Shown: one piece after another, positions 1-8,836 of the stretch
How the letters are laid out: every line of letters begins with the position of its first letter
Position numbering within the stretch: the stretch's first letter is position 1
IMG/VR virus record: IMGVR_UViG_3300046778_000250
Coordinates: 1-35,807 of that record
Direction: 5' to 3' (one strand)
DNA: 35,807 nucleotides
Source of the DNA: a virus
Taxonomy: Duplodnaviria > Caudoviricetes
The notes under the pieces: generated by a model
Told to the model about the DNA's origin: nothing
What the model saw: the letters and a program-made list of their open reading frames with translations, nothing else
Databases searched by the model: none
Program-made: the position numbers and the translations under genes

Positions 1-40
1 GGTCAAATTTTGGTAGGGGTGGGGGTCAAAATTTGACCCC
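1..40. repeat. Iteron-like repeat/palindrome inside the replication gene (possible origin)
   Basis: GGTCAAATTTTG at 1-12, GGTCAAAATTTG at 24-35; inverted repeat GGGGTCAAA-A-TTTGACCCC at 22-40. Confidence 0.5.
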
Positions 41-878
41 AAATAAGATCCCCTTAACTAGATCCAAAGAAAAAGATCTAAGAAAAGATCCTATTACAAG
101 CGCAGATCCGTACCGCGCGGACGCGAAAAAATCTGCTGACGCGGAGCGCGTGTGCGAGAAGCCAAATTTTCAAAAATGGGCTTCAGATCCGGAACCGCGC
201 CAAGACCCAAGAATTTCATCTTTGCCAGCAGAAGAGTTGGTTAGTACTAACAACCTTTCTGGAAAGGGGGAATTTTCCGGCGGCGTAGTATCTCAATCTA
301 CACAAAATTTCAATGATAGATGGAACTACTCCGCCGATATTGCCCCTATAACCGATGAATTAATCCGCTTATACAACAATGGTAAACCCGACAACTGGAC
401 GGGGATTGTGGGCGATTCTAGACGTGCTAGACGAAAGATTCAGGACATGACTCTCAAGTATCAGGGGATGGGAGGCAAATTAGCCGAGCTGCCAGAAATC
501 ATGAAGAATGCGCTTCTGTGGTATCGATCAAGCGACTTTCACACCAAAAAAGAGTTTGGGAGTGGGGATATTTTCTGGTTGTGCGAGCAAGAGCGGGTAG
601 AAATTGCAGCCGCGAAGTGGGCGGGAAGTGGTGAGAGTGCCAAGCGGAAGGTGGCGACGGCGATTTTAGAGCGCGAGAATGGGGTTCGGCATTGGGTAGA
701 TGGGCATGTGATGTCTGATTTTGAACTGAGAAGCGAACGCCGCGCACTTCCCAAAATGCGACTAGATCATCCTCAGTTACCACCCTTGGAATGGGTGAGA
801 AAAAACTTACCAGAAATACTAGACAAATTGAGTTCAAATTATCCAGAATACCCACAAAAAATCCATGCTTATAACTAG
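3..878 (+). CDS. Probable phage replication initiator, 5'-truncated by the window edge
   Basis: Frame is open from nt 3; low-complexity charged linker follows iteron-like repeats; overlaps a loader-like gene. Call is from layout, no diagnostic motif. Confidence 0.55.
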   Translation, partial: SNFGRGGGQNLTPNKIPLTRSKEKDLRKDPITSADPYRADAKKSADAERVCEKPNFQKWASDPEPRQDPRISSLPAEELVSTNNLSGKGEFSGGVVSQSTQNFNDRWNYSADIAPITDELIRLYNNGKPDNWTGIVGDSRRARRKIQDMTLKYQGMGGKLAELPEIMKNALLWYRSSDFHTKKEFGSGDIFWLCEQERVEIAAAKWAGSGESAKRKVATAILERENGVRHWVDGHVMSDFELRSERRALPKMRLDHPQLPPLEWVRKNLPEILDKLSSNYPEYPQKIHAYN

Positions 879-1572
879 GGAAATATTAGCTGATTCTCTC
901 AATCTTTTGGCTGCTGTTAGTACAAAAAAGATTGAAGTTACTGAATCAATGACTCAAATGTGTTGGGAAGATGTAATGAATCTAGAAAAAGAAGACTTTG
1001 ATCGAGCAATCAAGCACTTTTATAATTGTCGAATTTTCCCAGTTGCTAGAGACATTTTAGAGATCGCGATCTCTGCTGACTTTGGAGAAGATTGGAATAA
1101 GATTGCTTCAGTGGCACGACAATCGAGCAAAGAAGAGGCTATTTCAGGATTGAGTCATTCAGCACTTTTAAAAATTACTGGTACCAATGGATCGAGATCG
1201 GCATTGATGACTATCGCTCGTGCAGACAATTATCAGTTAGCTGCCTACGGTCGAGACTGGCGACAGGCAATTCAAAAAATCGGTCTGACTGGATTGCCAC
1301 CAAGCGACGAAATTATCAGCTTGGAGGATATAACCACTAAATCGTTAGATTACCCAGTTGACACTGACTATTCCGTTAGGACAGCATCACTGATTAGGCT
1401 ACTCAATAAGAGGGAAATTAAAACCAGTACTGCTATAGCAATGTGCAGCAGGTTCCCAGCAGTAAAAAAGGCTGAGGTGATGGCAATTGTAGAGGAGATT
1501 GAGGGTAAATCGGGAGTTGAATCTTCACCATCCAAGACAGGTATGTCAATTGATTTTGCAGGGATTATCTAA
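865..1572 (+). CDS. Putative helicase loader/inhibitor-like replication protein
   Basis: N-terminal W..(F)..AI.......FP...DI pattern typical of genes following phage initiators; overlaps the upstream gene. Confidence 0.45.
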   Translation: MLITREILADSLNLLAAVSTKKIEVTESMTQMCWEDVMNLEKEDFDRAIKHFYNCRIFPVARDILEIAISADFGEDWNKIASVARQSSKEEAISGLSHSALLKITGTNGSRSALMTIARADNYQLAAYGRDWRQAIQKIGLTGLPPSDEIISLEDITTKSLDYPVDTDYSVRTASLIRLLNKREIKTSTAIAMCSRFPAVKKAEVMAIVEEIEGKSGVESSPSKTGMSIDFAGII

Positions 1573-1574
1573 AT

Positions 1575-1922
1575 ATGCGAAACCAAAAGCCTATCAAAGG
1601 AACCAAGAAAGTATCCAGATCTCGTGATGGTCACCCAAGAACTCCACTAACACTCGCAATAGATCCGAGGGTCGAGAAGGCGCTGCTATTGTATTGCGAC
1701 ATCAATAAGCTCAGTAAATCTGCTGCTGTAGAGTCTGTTTTAGCTGATTTTTTTAAAATTGACTTGTCTGTAGATGCAAGTTCGGCAATCTTAATCGAAG
1801 CAAAAAATATTGAAATCGCTAAATTAAAGGCACAAATTGAACTGGCAAATAAGAAGAATGAGTCAATGCTACGAGAATTGCTAAAAAGCCAGTCTGATTT
1901 ATTCTCGATGGAGGAAGGCTGA
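1575..1922 (+). CDS. Ribbon-helix-helix-like DNA-binding protein with C-terminal coiled coil
   Basis: LTLAIDPRVEKALLLYC...SKSAAVESVLADFF resembles a CopG/RHH pattern. Confidence 0.55.
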   Translation: MRNQKPIKGTKKVSRSRDGHPRTPLTLAIDPRVEKALLLYCDINKLSKSAAVESVLADFFKIDLSVDASSAILIEAKNIEIAKLKAQIELANKKNESMLRELLKSQSDLFSMEEG

Positions 1923-1925
1923 TTA

Positions 1926-2186
1926 ATGCTTAGAACCCAAAAATCAGCCGATGCTCGTTCTCGATCGCCTCAAAGAATTGCCGATATTCATGATCGTATC
2001 CTCACTGTTCTGGAAACTTACCAATGGCGACCAACTGCCTCGATGCTCTATTTTTCCATCAGTCTGGGTATAAGTGAAAGCTACCTCAGAATTAAGCTCA
2101 AGGAACTGGAAAAATTAGGATTAATCGAATCATTTGTAGCAGGGAAAGAGCGGGGCAAATTAGTAATTAACTATCGAATCAAATGA
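1926..2186 (+). CDS. Winged-helix DNA-binding protein
   Basis: LGISESYLRIKLKELEKLGLIES HTH-wing pattern. Confidence 0.6.
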   Translation: MLRTQKSADARSRSPQRIADIHDRILTVLETYQWRPTASMLYFSISLGISESYLRIKLKELEKLGLIESFVAGKERGKLVINYRIK

Positions 2187-2365
2187 TGAAGATTGAATTT
2201 TATCAATGCGGATACTCCGTCTGGAGTAAGGGCAAAGAATACCGCCTCAAAATCTGGTGGTTAGTTATCCATAAGTGGATGATATGTTTCGATTTCAATC
2301 GGGTTGAGATAGGGGACAAGGTGTATTTTCCAAAGTTTATTAGTGTTTTTGAAAGTGAGTTTTAG
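2183..2365 (+). CDS. Hypothetical protein
   Basis: 60-aa ORF with ATGA overlap to the upstream gene, fills the operon. Confidence 0.5.
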   Translation: MMKIEFYQCGYSVWSKGKEYRLKIWWLVIHKWMICFDFNRVEIGDKVYFPKFISVFESEF

Positions 2366-2367
2366 AA

Positions 2368-2604
2368 ATGAATTATGAATCAAGAGTGATAAAGGTTATT
2401 GTCGCGCCAAAAGGAGACCCAATATTTTCGGAACTAGCCACATTTGTTGAGATAGACGATGAAGCGGCTGGTGAATATGTCAGGATAACTCAACCATCAC
2501 GGCATGAAGATGGGACTGTTTGTTTTGACGGTAATGAGTGGGAGCTAATTAAATTAGAGATAGACAAGGCATTTGCAAATTGTAGGAAAAATAAAAAGGA
2601 GTGA
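2368..2604 (+). CDS. Conserved-looking small phage protein
   Basis: IFSE.AT.VEIDDEAAGEYV motif; tight operon packing. Confidence 0.65.
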   Translation: MNYESRVIKVIVAPKGDPIFSELATFVEIDDEAAGEYVRITQPSRHEDGTVCFDGNEWELIKLEIDKAFANCRKNKKE

Positions 2605-2894
2605 ATAAAATGCAGCACCGTTTTTACAATCTCAGAGGAGTCGAATACATGCTGGCGATCGCCACTTTTAAACAAAATACACTACCTCAAATGCTCGAAG
2701 AGTTTGACATGTCAAAGCAAACATCCAGCAAGTTCACGCCACAGAATTTGGGCGATCTCTGCAATAAGTACCGGATACCAGTGACCACAGCATCTCAACT
2801 GTTGGAGGAATGTGGACGACTGCCGACAGGTACTTGGGAACGATTACAAGAGCGAGGATGTACAGCTCGCTCGATTGGGGTAGTGTGGTCTTGA
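2601..2894 (+). CDS. Hypothetical protein next to attP
   Basis: GTGA overlap with the upstream stop, AAGGAG ribosome-binding site; start may be 2610. Confidence 0.6.
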   Translation: MNKMQHRFYNLRGVEYMLAIATFKQNTLPQMLEEFDMSKQTSSKFTPQNLGDLCNKYRIPVTTASQLLEECGRLPTGTWERLQERGCTARSIGVVWS

Positions 2895-2962
2895 TTTTGG
2901 GGGTAAAGCTGGGGTAAGACTAATATTTAGCACCTCAAATCTTCACCAATAAACACTCTCTT

Positions 2963-3009
2963 TTTCATTGGTAATGAAGAGGTCATGAGTTCAAGCCTCA
3001 TTGAGGGCT
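2963..3009 (+). other. attP: attP core: 3' half of tRNA-Thr(GGT)
   Basis: Anticodon arm TTCA-TTGGTAA-TGAA, variable loop AGGTC, T arm ATGAG-TTCAAGC-CTCAT, acceptor 3' strand TGAGGGC-T; no D arm or 5' acceptor strand; lies just upstream of the integrase. Confidence 0.85.
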
Positions 3010-3016
3010 TACCATC

Positions 3017-3042
3017 AAACCCAGTTCTAGGACTGGGTTTTC
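3017..3042 (+). terminator. Hairpin after the tRNA fragment (replacement terminator)
   Basis: AAACCCAGT-TCTAGG-ACTGGGTTT followed by T. Confidence 0.6.
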
Positions 3043-3140
3043 TGCTTTCAAGGTGATGAATATCATTACAAAACTGGGGTAAATAAGTCTGAAACAGTAG
3101 GGTTTAGTGGTAAAGTTGGGGTAAACGGTGGGGGTAAAAA

Positions 3141-4256
3141 TTGATGCCCAAAACTCCAAAAGGCAGTGTGGCGATCAAGGTTAGTAATGATCGGCTGCAA
3201 CTAGTCTACAGATATCTGGGTAGGCGGACTTACCTTTCGCTCGGACTGCCAGACAGCAAGACAAATCGCACCTATGCTCAGTCGATTGCATCTAAAATCC
3301 AAATGGATATGCTCAGTGGCAACTATGACACCACTCAGAGTAACTATAAAGAATTTCAATCTGAGCCTAAAGCAGAGAGATTCAAGCGAATTGAATTGCT
3401 CGAATTATGGGACAAATATGTGGAGTATAAACGCCCTCAGGTATCGCTAAATACCATTGCCAATACTTACCGACAAGTCGAACGATGGCTCAAGAGGATG
3501 CCATATAAATCGGTGGATGATGCGGTCAAAGTTCGGGATTACTTACTGAAGGAAAGCACCCCATATTCGACGCGCAGAATCATCAATCAGCTAAATGGTT
3601 GCTGTCAGTGGGCGATTAAATCCAAGCTACTAGATTGCAATCCTTTCGCAGGATTAGCGAAAGGATTGATTGTGAAACAAAAGGGTGAAATCGAATATTT
3701 CACCGAATCCGAACGTTCCCGCATCATTGAATATTTCAAGCTTCACAACATGCATTACGCACCATTCGTAGAGTTCATGTTTCGGACTGGGTGCCGACCT
3801 TCAGAAGCCCTGGCGTTGCAGTGGGGTGATATTTCGGATGGATGCGACCGAATCTTGTTCAGTCGATCGCTCACTGCCAACGAGTACGGTAGTAAAGTCA
3901 CTGTCAAAGAAGGTCTTAAAACCCAATCAAGTCGATCGATTAGCTGTGGTAAAACACTGATAGTATTTCTGAAATTGATTAGGCATGAGGATTGGGAAGC
4001 TCAAGATTTACTATTCCCCAGTCCTCATGGCAAGCATATCAATCTGCCCAACTTCACCGATCGCCACTGGAAACCAGCACTCAAACAGTTAGCACTCAAG
4101 TATCGCTCTTTTTACAAAGTTCGCCACACCGCCATTACCCATGCACTAGACACCCTCGATGCTAAGGATGTAGCTGCGTTGGTGGGGAATTCAGCAGATG
4201 TGATTTATAGAAATTATGCTGGGATAAAAGAGGGATTGACTACCCCAGATTTCTAA
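3141..4256 (+). CDS. int: Tyrosine recombinase / phage integrase with N-terminal arm-binding domain (ATG at 3144)
   Basis: RLQLVY...LSLGLPD arm domain; TGCRPSEALAL, LKT, YKVRHT, LVGNS...IYRNY catalytic motifs. Confidence 0.95.
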   Translation: MMPKTPKGSVAIKVSNDRLQLVYRYLGRRTYLSLGLPDSKTNRTYAQSIASKIQMDMLSGNYDTTQSNYKEFQSEPKAERFKRIELLELWDKYVEYKRPQVSLNTIANTYRQVERWLKRMPYKSVDDAVKVRDYLLKESTPYSTRRIINQLNGCCQWAIKSKLLDCNPFAGLAKGLIVKQKGEIEYFTESERSRIIEYFKLHNMHYAPFVEFMFRTGCRPSEALALQWGDISDGCDRILFSRSLTANEYGSKVTVKEGLKTQSSRSISCGKTLIVFLKLIRHEDWEAQDLLFPSPHGKHINLPNFTDRHWKPALKQLALKYRSFYKVRHTAITHALDTLDAKDVAALVGNSADVIYRNYAGIKEGLTTPDF

Positions 4257-5008
4257 CCTTCCAGAGCTTTTTGGATTGTCCCACCGATCGCTCGTTGCCA
4301 CTTTTGATCGGCAACCTTTTGGAGTCGATCAAACCGCTCGATCGTTTTGTCAGCAATCTTCAATTCTGCTACGGTGAATACTCCCGCTTTCTTTTGGTCT
4401 TGGATGTCTTGGGGTACACGAGCATTTCGCAGAGTCATGTACAGTTTGACATATTGGTCGTTGGTCAACGCACCGATTTTCGCTACTAGTGTTGGACTGA
4501 TACCATCGGTCAAAACTGCAAATTCGGCAGTCGATACACTGCCAGGATTGATCAGTGCATCCCGAATTTCTGATAATTGCTTGCTGTGCAGCGAGTCAAA
4601 GCTATCAGCCGCGATAACTTGTGCTTCTGCGGTGATAACTTCCGCTTCTCGTGCTTTGGTGGCAAAGTAGTGTTTTGCCGCCTTAACCTCTGGTTTACCG
4701 CGACTATCGCAAGCTAACGCAATATGATAGCAAGCAATCCGAGATAATTTGTAATCTTGTAATGGGACTGGATTCCTTGCTGTGGACAATTTACTAGTAG
4801 AAGTAAGGTGTCCTGTAATATCTTCGATGGCTGATTCCAGATTTTCAACGCCGATTTCAATAGCATTCTCGAACATCTGCCACTTGCTGTATCCGAGAAT
4901 CTTCTGCAATTCTCGCGCAAACCAGTATTCTTGCCCGTTTTCATTCGTGTGACGTATAGAATCGAACGGAGACTCACCGCTCGGAGCGGCTTTGGTGATA
5001 GTATTCAT
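4253..5008 (-). CDS. BRO-N/DinD-family DNA-binding protein (antirepressor-like)
   Basis: FDSIRH...EYWFARELQKILGY.KW..F...I...DYKLSR.ACY.IA...D..K.EV.AAK.YFA. Confidence 0.85.
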   Translation of the reverse strand: MNTITKAAPSGESPFDSIRHTNENGQEYWFARELQKILGYSKWQMFENAIEIGVENLESAIEDITGHLTSTSKLSTARNPVPLQDYKLSRIACYHIALACDSRGKPEVKAAKHYFATKAREAEVITAEAQVIAADSFDSLHSKQLSEIRDALINPGSVSTAEFAVLTDGISPTLVAKIGALTNDQYVKLYMTLRNARVPQDIQDQKKAGVFTVAELKIADKTIERFDRLQKVADQKWQRAIGGTIQKALEG

Positions 5009-5101
5009 ATTGTGTTGTCCTATTGATACTAGGTTGATACCGCCGATGGGGATTCGAGTGTTTCAGCACTCTCCCGCGATCGGCATAATATTATTGTATC
5101 A
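5009..5101 (-). promoter_or_regulatory. Extended -10 promoter plus structured 5' leader, copy A
   Basis: TGATACAAT, then GCCGAT-CGC-GGGA-GAGTG-CTGAAA-CACTC-GAA-TCCC-C-ATCGGC and CCTA-N7-TAGG; homologous to 14809-14896. Confidence 0.8.
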
Positions 5102-5145
5102 TTCTTGCTAATACCGTCTCTAGGCTGTTTAACACAGACTTCTAA

Positions 5146-5499
5146 TTATTTAGTAGGTGTACTGACGCTCGGTGAATAATTCGCACCAGGGCGGATGACT
5201 AATGGTACGACGACAGCCAAGATTGCGGCTAGTAACGAAGCCCAAACGATCCAGGTCTGAGAGTGGGTCATTTGCCTTTGTGCCAATCGCTCGTCTTTCT
5301 CCTCTTCGGCATCTTTATCGATTCGATCAAGACGAGAATGAATCACCATCAGCCGTCCTTCGATTGCCGCAACATTTTGGGATAATTCTTTAGTATCGAT
5401 CGTCGTCTCTTTCAGACCTTCAACAACGATCCTGATTAATTTTTCGTTAGTGGCGAGTAATGCGCGGATTTCGAGCAATGGATTGTCTGTATGGTTCAT
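5146..5499 (-). CDS. Coiled-coil protein with C-terminal transmembrane helix (possible lysis accessory)
   Basis: Heptad-rich N-terminus; WIVWASLLAAILAVVVPLVI hydrophobic segment. Confidence 0.6.
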   Translation of the reverse strand: MNHTDNPLLEIRALLATNEKLIRIVVEGLKETTIDTKELSQNVAAIEGRLMVIHSRLDRIDKDAEEEKDERLAQRQMTHSQTWIVWASLLAAILAVVVPLVIRPGANYSPSVSTPTK

Positions 5500-5690
5500 T
5501 TATCTTGGTTAGACGATCGATTGCTCTGATTGCTAGTGTGTATTGCTGCTCAGATATTGCCAACAGTGATTCAATTTTACTAGATAGTTGGGTGATAGGG
5601 GATGAAGACATTTCGCTATAGCCATTACGATGTCTTCAGTCTATGTCTGTATAGCAACTATTTCTGTTTGTTTAACAAAGATTTTACCGA

Positions 5691-7112
5691 TTATATCCAC
5701 CCACGCATTTGGCTACCAGTATTTACCCTACTATTGCTGGCACGTACCTCGATTTCTACTACAGGGGTAATAGCGGCGTTGCAAGCTAGCAGGAATGCCC
5801 AAACAACGTCGCCATGCCCAGAATTGTCTCTAGCCGCTTGAAAGCGAACGTTACCACCCGCTGAGACTACCCGTTGCAGCTTCCTGAAATCCGCACCAAT
5901 TTCTGGGTGATCTTGAGGTAACAACACCCGCCGCTCGGTCATCAGTTCTAAGCCAAGTGTAGCCATATTGCCCTTGGTATCGGTGGTGAAATTCACGCCC
6001 TCTACTTTTGAGCCATAGAGATTTTGATATTCTTCTGTAGACCTTTCTCCCATGCCAGTCCTGTCGATCGCCATGCGGATTACGTTATATTTTGCGAATA
6101 GTCGAGCGATTTGTCGATCGTGTTCTGCGAAGGACGATCGATCTAACACCACCACCTCACGGGTAATTAGTTCACCAGTGTAGTAGCTAATCTTTTGACC
6201 GTTCGCTCTCTCTTCGTAGTGGATGCCGAAATCTTCAGTGGCTTCTAATACGAATGCACACCACTTGTCATGCCTCAGCCCTACGTCATTCCCAATGAAG
6301 CAGCGACCACGATTGTAGCCATGACCCACGGCTGAGGCTCTAGCATCTTCGCAAGCAGCAATCAGTTCGGAGCTAAACCAGGTATTGGGAGAGTCGCTCC
6401 ATTCTAAGAGCATTTCGCTCTTAAAGCTGAATGGATCGGCAGCCGCGCGTTCTGATTCGAGGTCATATACCCTGCCATCAGCGATCGCGCGGTGGATGTC
6501 TGCCCAGTGGTGAGACCAAAGAGGTTTTCCCCGCACCACTGCGGTATTATGCATTATTTTGCGGAAGATGTTCTCGCTGCCTCCAATCGGAGTGCTAGCA
6601 ACAATCAATTTCAGTCGCCCACGAGTTGTGTGCTGCGCTGCGTTGAAGAACTCTTGACCTTGAGGGAAGAAGGCTAACTCGTCAAGGAAGCAATTGCTAG
6701 TGTACCCCCTTACAGCCGATGGAGATGCGGAGAGTGCGATTACCTGACTCGATCGACCTAACCTTAGTCTGTAACGGGTATAGCGAATTAAACCCTCCTC
6801 CGTCCGCACCTCCACTTCTTCCTCAATAATGTTGAGCGCAACCGCTGTTTGGTATATAACTTTAGACCATGCCTCGACTAGCCTGAGAGCTTCTTGAGCT
6901 TGCGGTGCAGATGCCGATACTATCAGCCAGTCCGATCGCTTGCCGTTCGCTTCATTGTCGAAAATGCCAAGAGCGATCTTGAGTGCGGTAATCTTTGACT
7001 TCCCACAGCCACGCGCCCAGCAAACTGCTATGAAGCGACTGTCATCCTTCAGATAATCTTTCTGGAATTGCCAAAAATTTACGCCTAGCGATGGGAGCGT
7101 GGTATTAGCCAT
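5691..7112 (-). CDS. terL: Terminase large subunit (Mu gp28-like)
   Basis: Walker A WARGCGKS, Walker B CFLDE, ASTP coupling motif, nuclease motifs IGNDVG, AIDRTGMG, GHGD. Confidence 0.93.
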   Translation of the reverse strand: MANTTLPSLGVNFWQFQKDYLKDDSRFIAVCWARGCGKSKITALKIALGIFDNEANGKRSDWLIVSASAPQAQEALRLVEAWSKVIYQTAVALNIIEEEVEVRTEEGLIRYTRYRLRLGRSSQVIALSASPSAVRGYTSNCFLDELAFFPQGQEFFNAAQHTTRGRLKLIVASTPIGGSENIFRKIMHNTAVVRGKPLWSHHWADIHRAIADGRVYDLESERAAADPFSFKSEMLLEWSDSPNTWFSSELIAACEDARASAVGHGYNRGRCFIGNDVGLRHDKWCAFVLEATEDFGIHYEERANGQKISYYTGELITREVVVLDRSSFAEHDRQIARLFAKYNVIRMAIDRTGMGERSTEEYQNLYGSKVEGVNFTTDTKGNMATLGLELMTERRVLLPQDHPEIGADFRKLQRVVSAGGNVRFQAARDNSGHGDVVWAFLLACNAAITPVVEIEVRASNSRVNTGSQMRGWI

Positions 7113-7758
7113 TTTTCGTGTTTGGAGTAGTGAACGCTTTTTCTACCGACCATCCGCGTTGAACTCTGTGCAATAAGCCAATATACTTTATTTTCAGTTT
7201 TGGCTCCAGAATTTCATGCCATGCAGAAAGGCATTTAGTCTCCCCCCTCCACTCTATGACAAGATTATCGGTTCTGTTCCGTTGATTCTCTTTATGCGTA
7301 GCCCATCGGCAATTATCAGGAGAATACCCTTTAGAGTTATCAATACGATCGATCTGATATTGAAAGCCTGGGGCTTCTCCCATGTCTGAGCGGAAGTTCT
7401 CGAAAGAAGCCAGCCATCGGTCGCAGATAACGACATTCTTATAGCAATCTTGTTTAGGTCGAGCAACCCTATCTTTCATGGTAATCCAAGCTCTGTACTC
7501 GCGAGGCATCTCCGATCGGCTTCTTTGTTTACTAACGCTTTGCCCGTGAGTTGTTAGCCGCTTTACATTGGTTTCAGGAATCAAACACCCGCATGATTTC
7601 GTTTTTCCCGATCTTAGACTGCTCGACTGAACAGTTGTTTTTTTGCCGCACTTGCATTGGCAATTCCATCTAACAGCTTGGTGGTTGCCGTTCTCCGCTC
7701 GATCTATCACAGTCAATCGACCAAAGGTGTTTCCCGTCAAGTCTACAAAAGTTCCCAT
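7105..7758 (-). CDS. Free-standing HNH-type homing endonuclease between terS and terL
   Basis: DLTG..FGRLTVI...W.CQC.CG...SCGC N-terminal domain; IDRIDNSKGYSPDNCRWAT..NQRNR nuclease motif. Confidence 0.85.
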   Translation of the reverse strand: MGTFVDLTGNTFGRLTVIDRAENGNHQAVRWNCQCKCGKKTTVQSSSLRSGKTKSCGCLIPETNVKRLTTHGQSVSKQRSRSEMPREYRAWITMKDRVARPKQDCYKNVVICDRWLASFENFRSDMGEAPGFQYQIDRIDNSKGYSPDNCRWATHKENQRNRTDNLVIEWRGETKCLSAWHEILEPKLKIKYIGLLHRVQRGWSVEKAFTTPNTKNG

Positions 7759-7800
7759 CGTGTTAAAATACCGTTGCTAGATTATTTGCTTAGTAACATT

Positions 7801-7849
7801 ATTCTAGCACGAAACCCACCCCATGATTCAGTCATACGGCGGGTTTCGT
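7801..7849 (-). promoter_or_regulatory. Hairpin plus extended -10 upstream of the HNH gene
   Basis: ACGAAACCC...GGGTTTCGT inverted repeat at 7809-7849; TGCTAGAAT at 7809-7801. Confidence 0.6.
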
Positions 7850-7860
7850 CGTTTGATCAG

Positions 7861-8418
7861 TTATTCCATCCCCAATACCTCACGTCTCATTCGATCCATA
7901 AATTCAGGCGAGATGCCTTGTCCAGTAGCCTCGGCTTGGAGTTCGTTCATCCGTGCCTCTTGTTTGGCTCGGATATCGGCTGCATGTTTGGCAATAGTGA
8001 GAGTAGCCACATCCGATCGACTGACACCACCTAGTATTCGGCTAACTGTCTCCAGTCGTCGGAGAAACCCATTTATGTCTGAGTCAGCATCTAATGTCTC
8101 GCTCTCACTGACGATCTGAACCAGAGCGCGATACGAAGCGACCTGAACTAATCCAGTCAGCATCTTAGCAACTGTGCCCTCGTCATCTGGCAGCTCATAT
8201 CCATAAGCGGTTGCAAAGTTATGGATAACTCTCAGTTTGCTGGTTTGAGCTTTGAGATTTTTGGAATAGTCACCGATCGCATCTTTGCTGACCGGATGCC
8301 CTTGTTCTGCTAGCCAATCGGCTAATATCTGATATCCACCGAACCCCTGTTCGATTAGCTTGCGATCGAACTCAGCTCTGATTTTCTTTGGTAGTAGATC
8401 GACTTTTAAAACTGCCAT
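7861..8418 (-). CDS. terS: Terminase small subunit (Mu gp27/DUF3486-like)
   Basis: KVDLLP...FGGYQ.LADWL...G..VSK.AI.DY and C-terminal GISPE...R.R.EVLG. Confidence 0.8.
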   Translation of the reverse strand: MAVLKVDLLPKKIRAEFDRKLIEQGFGGYQILADWLAEQGHPVSKDAIGDYSKNLKAQTSKLRVIHNFATAYGYELPDDEGTVAKMLTGLVQVASYRALVQIVSESETLDADSDINGFLRRLETVSRILGGVSRSDVATLTIAKHAADIRAKQEARMNELQAEATGQGISPEFMDRMRREVLGME

Positions 8419-8446
8419 TATGAGCCATTATGAGCTATTATGAGCC
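8417..8446. repeat. 3 x 10-bp tandem repeat ATTATGAGC(C/T)
   Basis: Units at 8417, 8427 and 8437 make up the whole holin-terS spacer. Confidence 0.9.
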
Positions 8447-8652
8447 TATTCCCCTTCCGTTGCATCACTTGCCCCTTCAGAGCTGTTGTAGCCGTCGCTG
8501 GGAGGCTTTAAGAAGTATCCCACTATTGCCATCATAAACCCCACATTACCCTTGTCAACATTGATGACCTTTGGGAGCATCGAACCCACTGCCAGATAGA
8601 GAAATGTGATGGTTCCAAACAATCTGGCAAAAAAGGCATTGCTAAGTTTCAT
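8446..8652 (-). CDS. Small two-TM membrane protein, holin candidate
   Basis: 68 aa, two hydrophobic segments, polar tail; upstream of terS. Confidence 0.55.
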   Translation of the reverse strand: MKLSNAFFARLFGTITFLYLAVGSMLPKVINVDKGNVGFMMAIVGYFLKPPSDGYNSSEGASDATEGE

Positions 8653-8741
8653 CCTTCCAAATAATCCCTGATAATGTCCACAATTTCAACCATATCATCA
8701 TCATCCACACCCAAGAACGGACGAGTAGATTGGTTGGGCTT
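8649..8741 (-). pseudogene. Displaced original 3' end of the gpG-like gene
   Basis: Reads KPNQSTRPFLGVDDDDMVEIVDIIRDYLEG*; 16/27 identical to the C-terminus of 9374..9814; its TGA overlaps the holin ATG. Confidence 0.9.
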
Positions 8742-8742
8742 A

Positions 8743-8836
8743 AAACCATAAAACCCGCTATCTGACTGAGTTCTAGACAACGGAATTATGATATAATTGA
8801 TGTATCTTACGCAAACAATTATATAGAGATTCTATC
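8743..8836 (+). promoter_or_regulatory. Conserved 94-bp HNH-cassette end with promoter, copy 1
   Basis: 87/94 ungapped identity to 11621-11714; extended -10 TGATATAAT at 8789-8797. Confidence 0.85.

Larger units (their letters stand above)
2900..3138 (+). repeat. Integrase arm-type binding repeats flanking the attP core
   Basis: GGGGTAAA or 1-mismatch variants at 2900, 2911, 3076, 3107, 3118 and 3131, on both sides of the tRNA fragment. Confidence 0.75.

Noticed and set aside
2925-3014. Complete phage-encoded tRNA-Thr
   Set aside because: No D arm and no 5' strand complementary to TGAGGGC at the expected distance; treated as attP core
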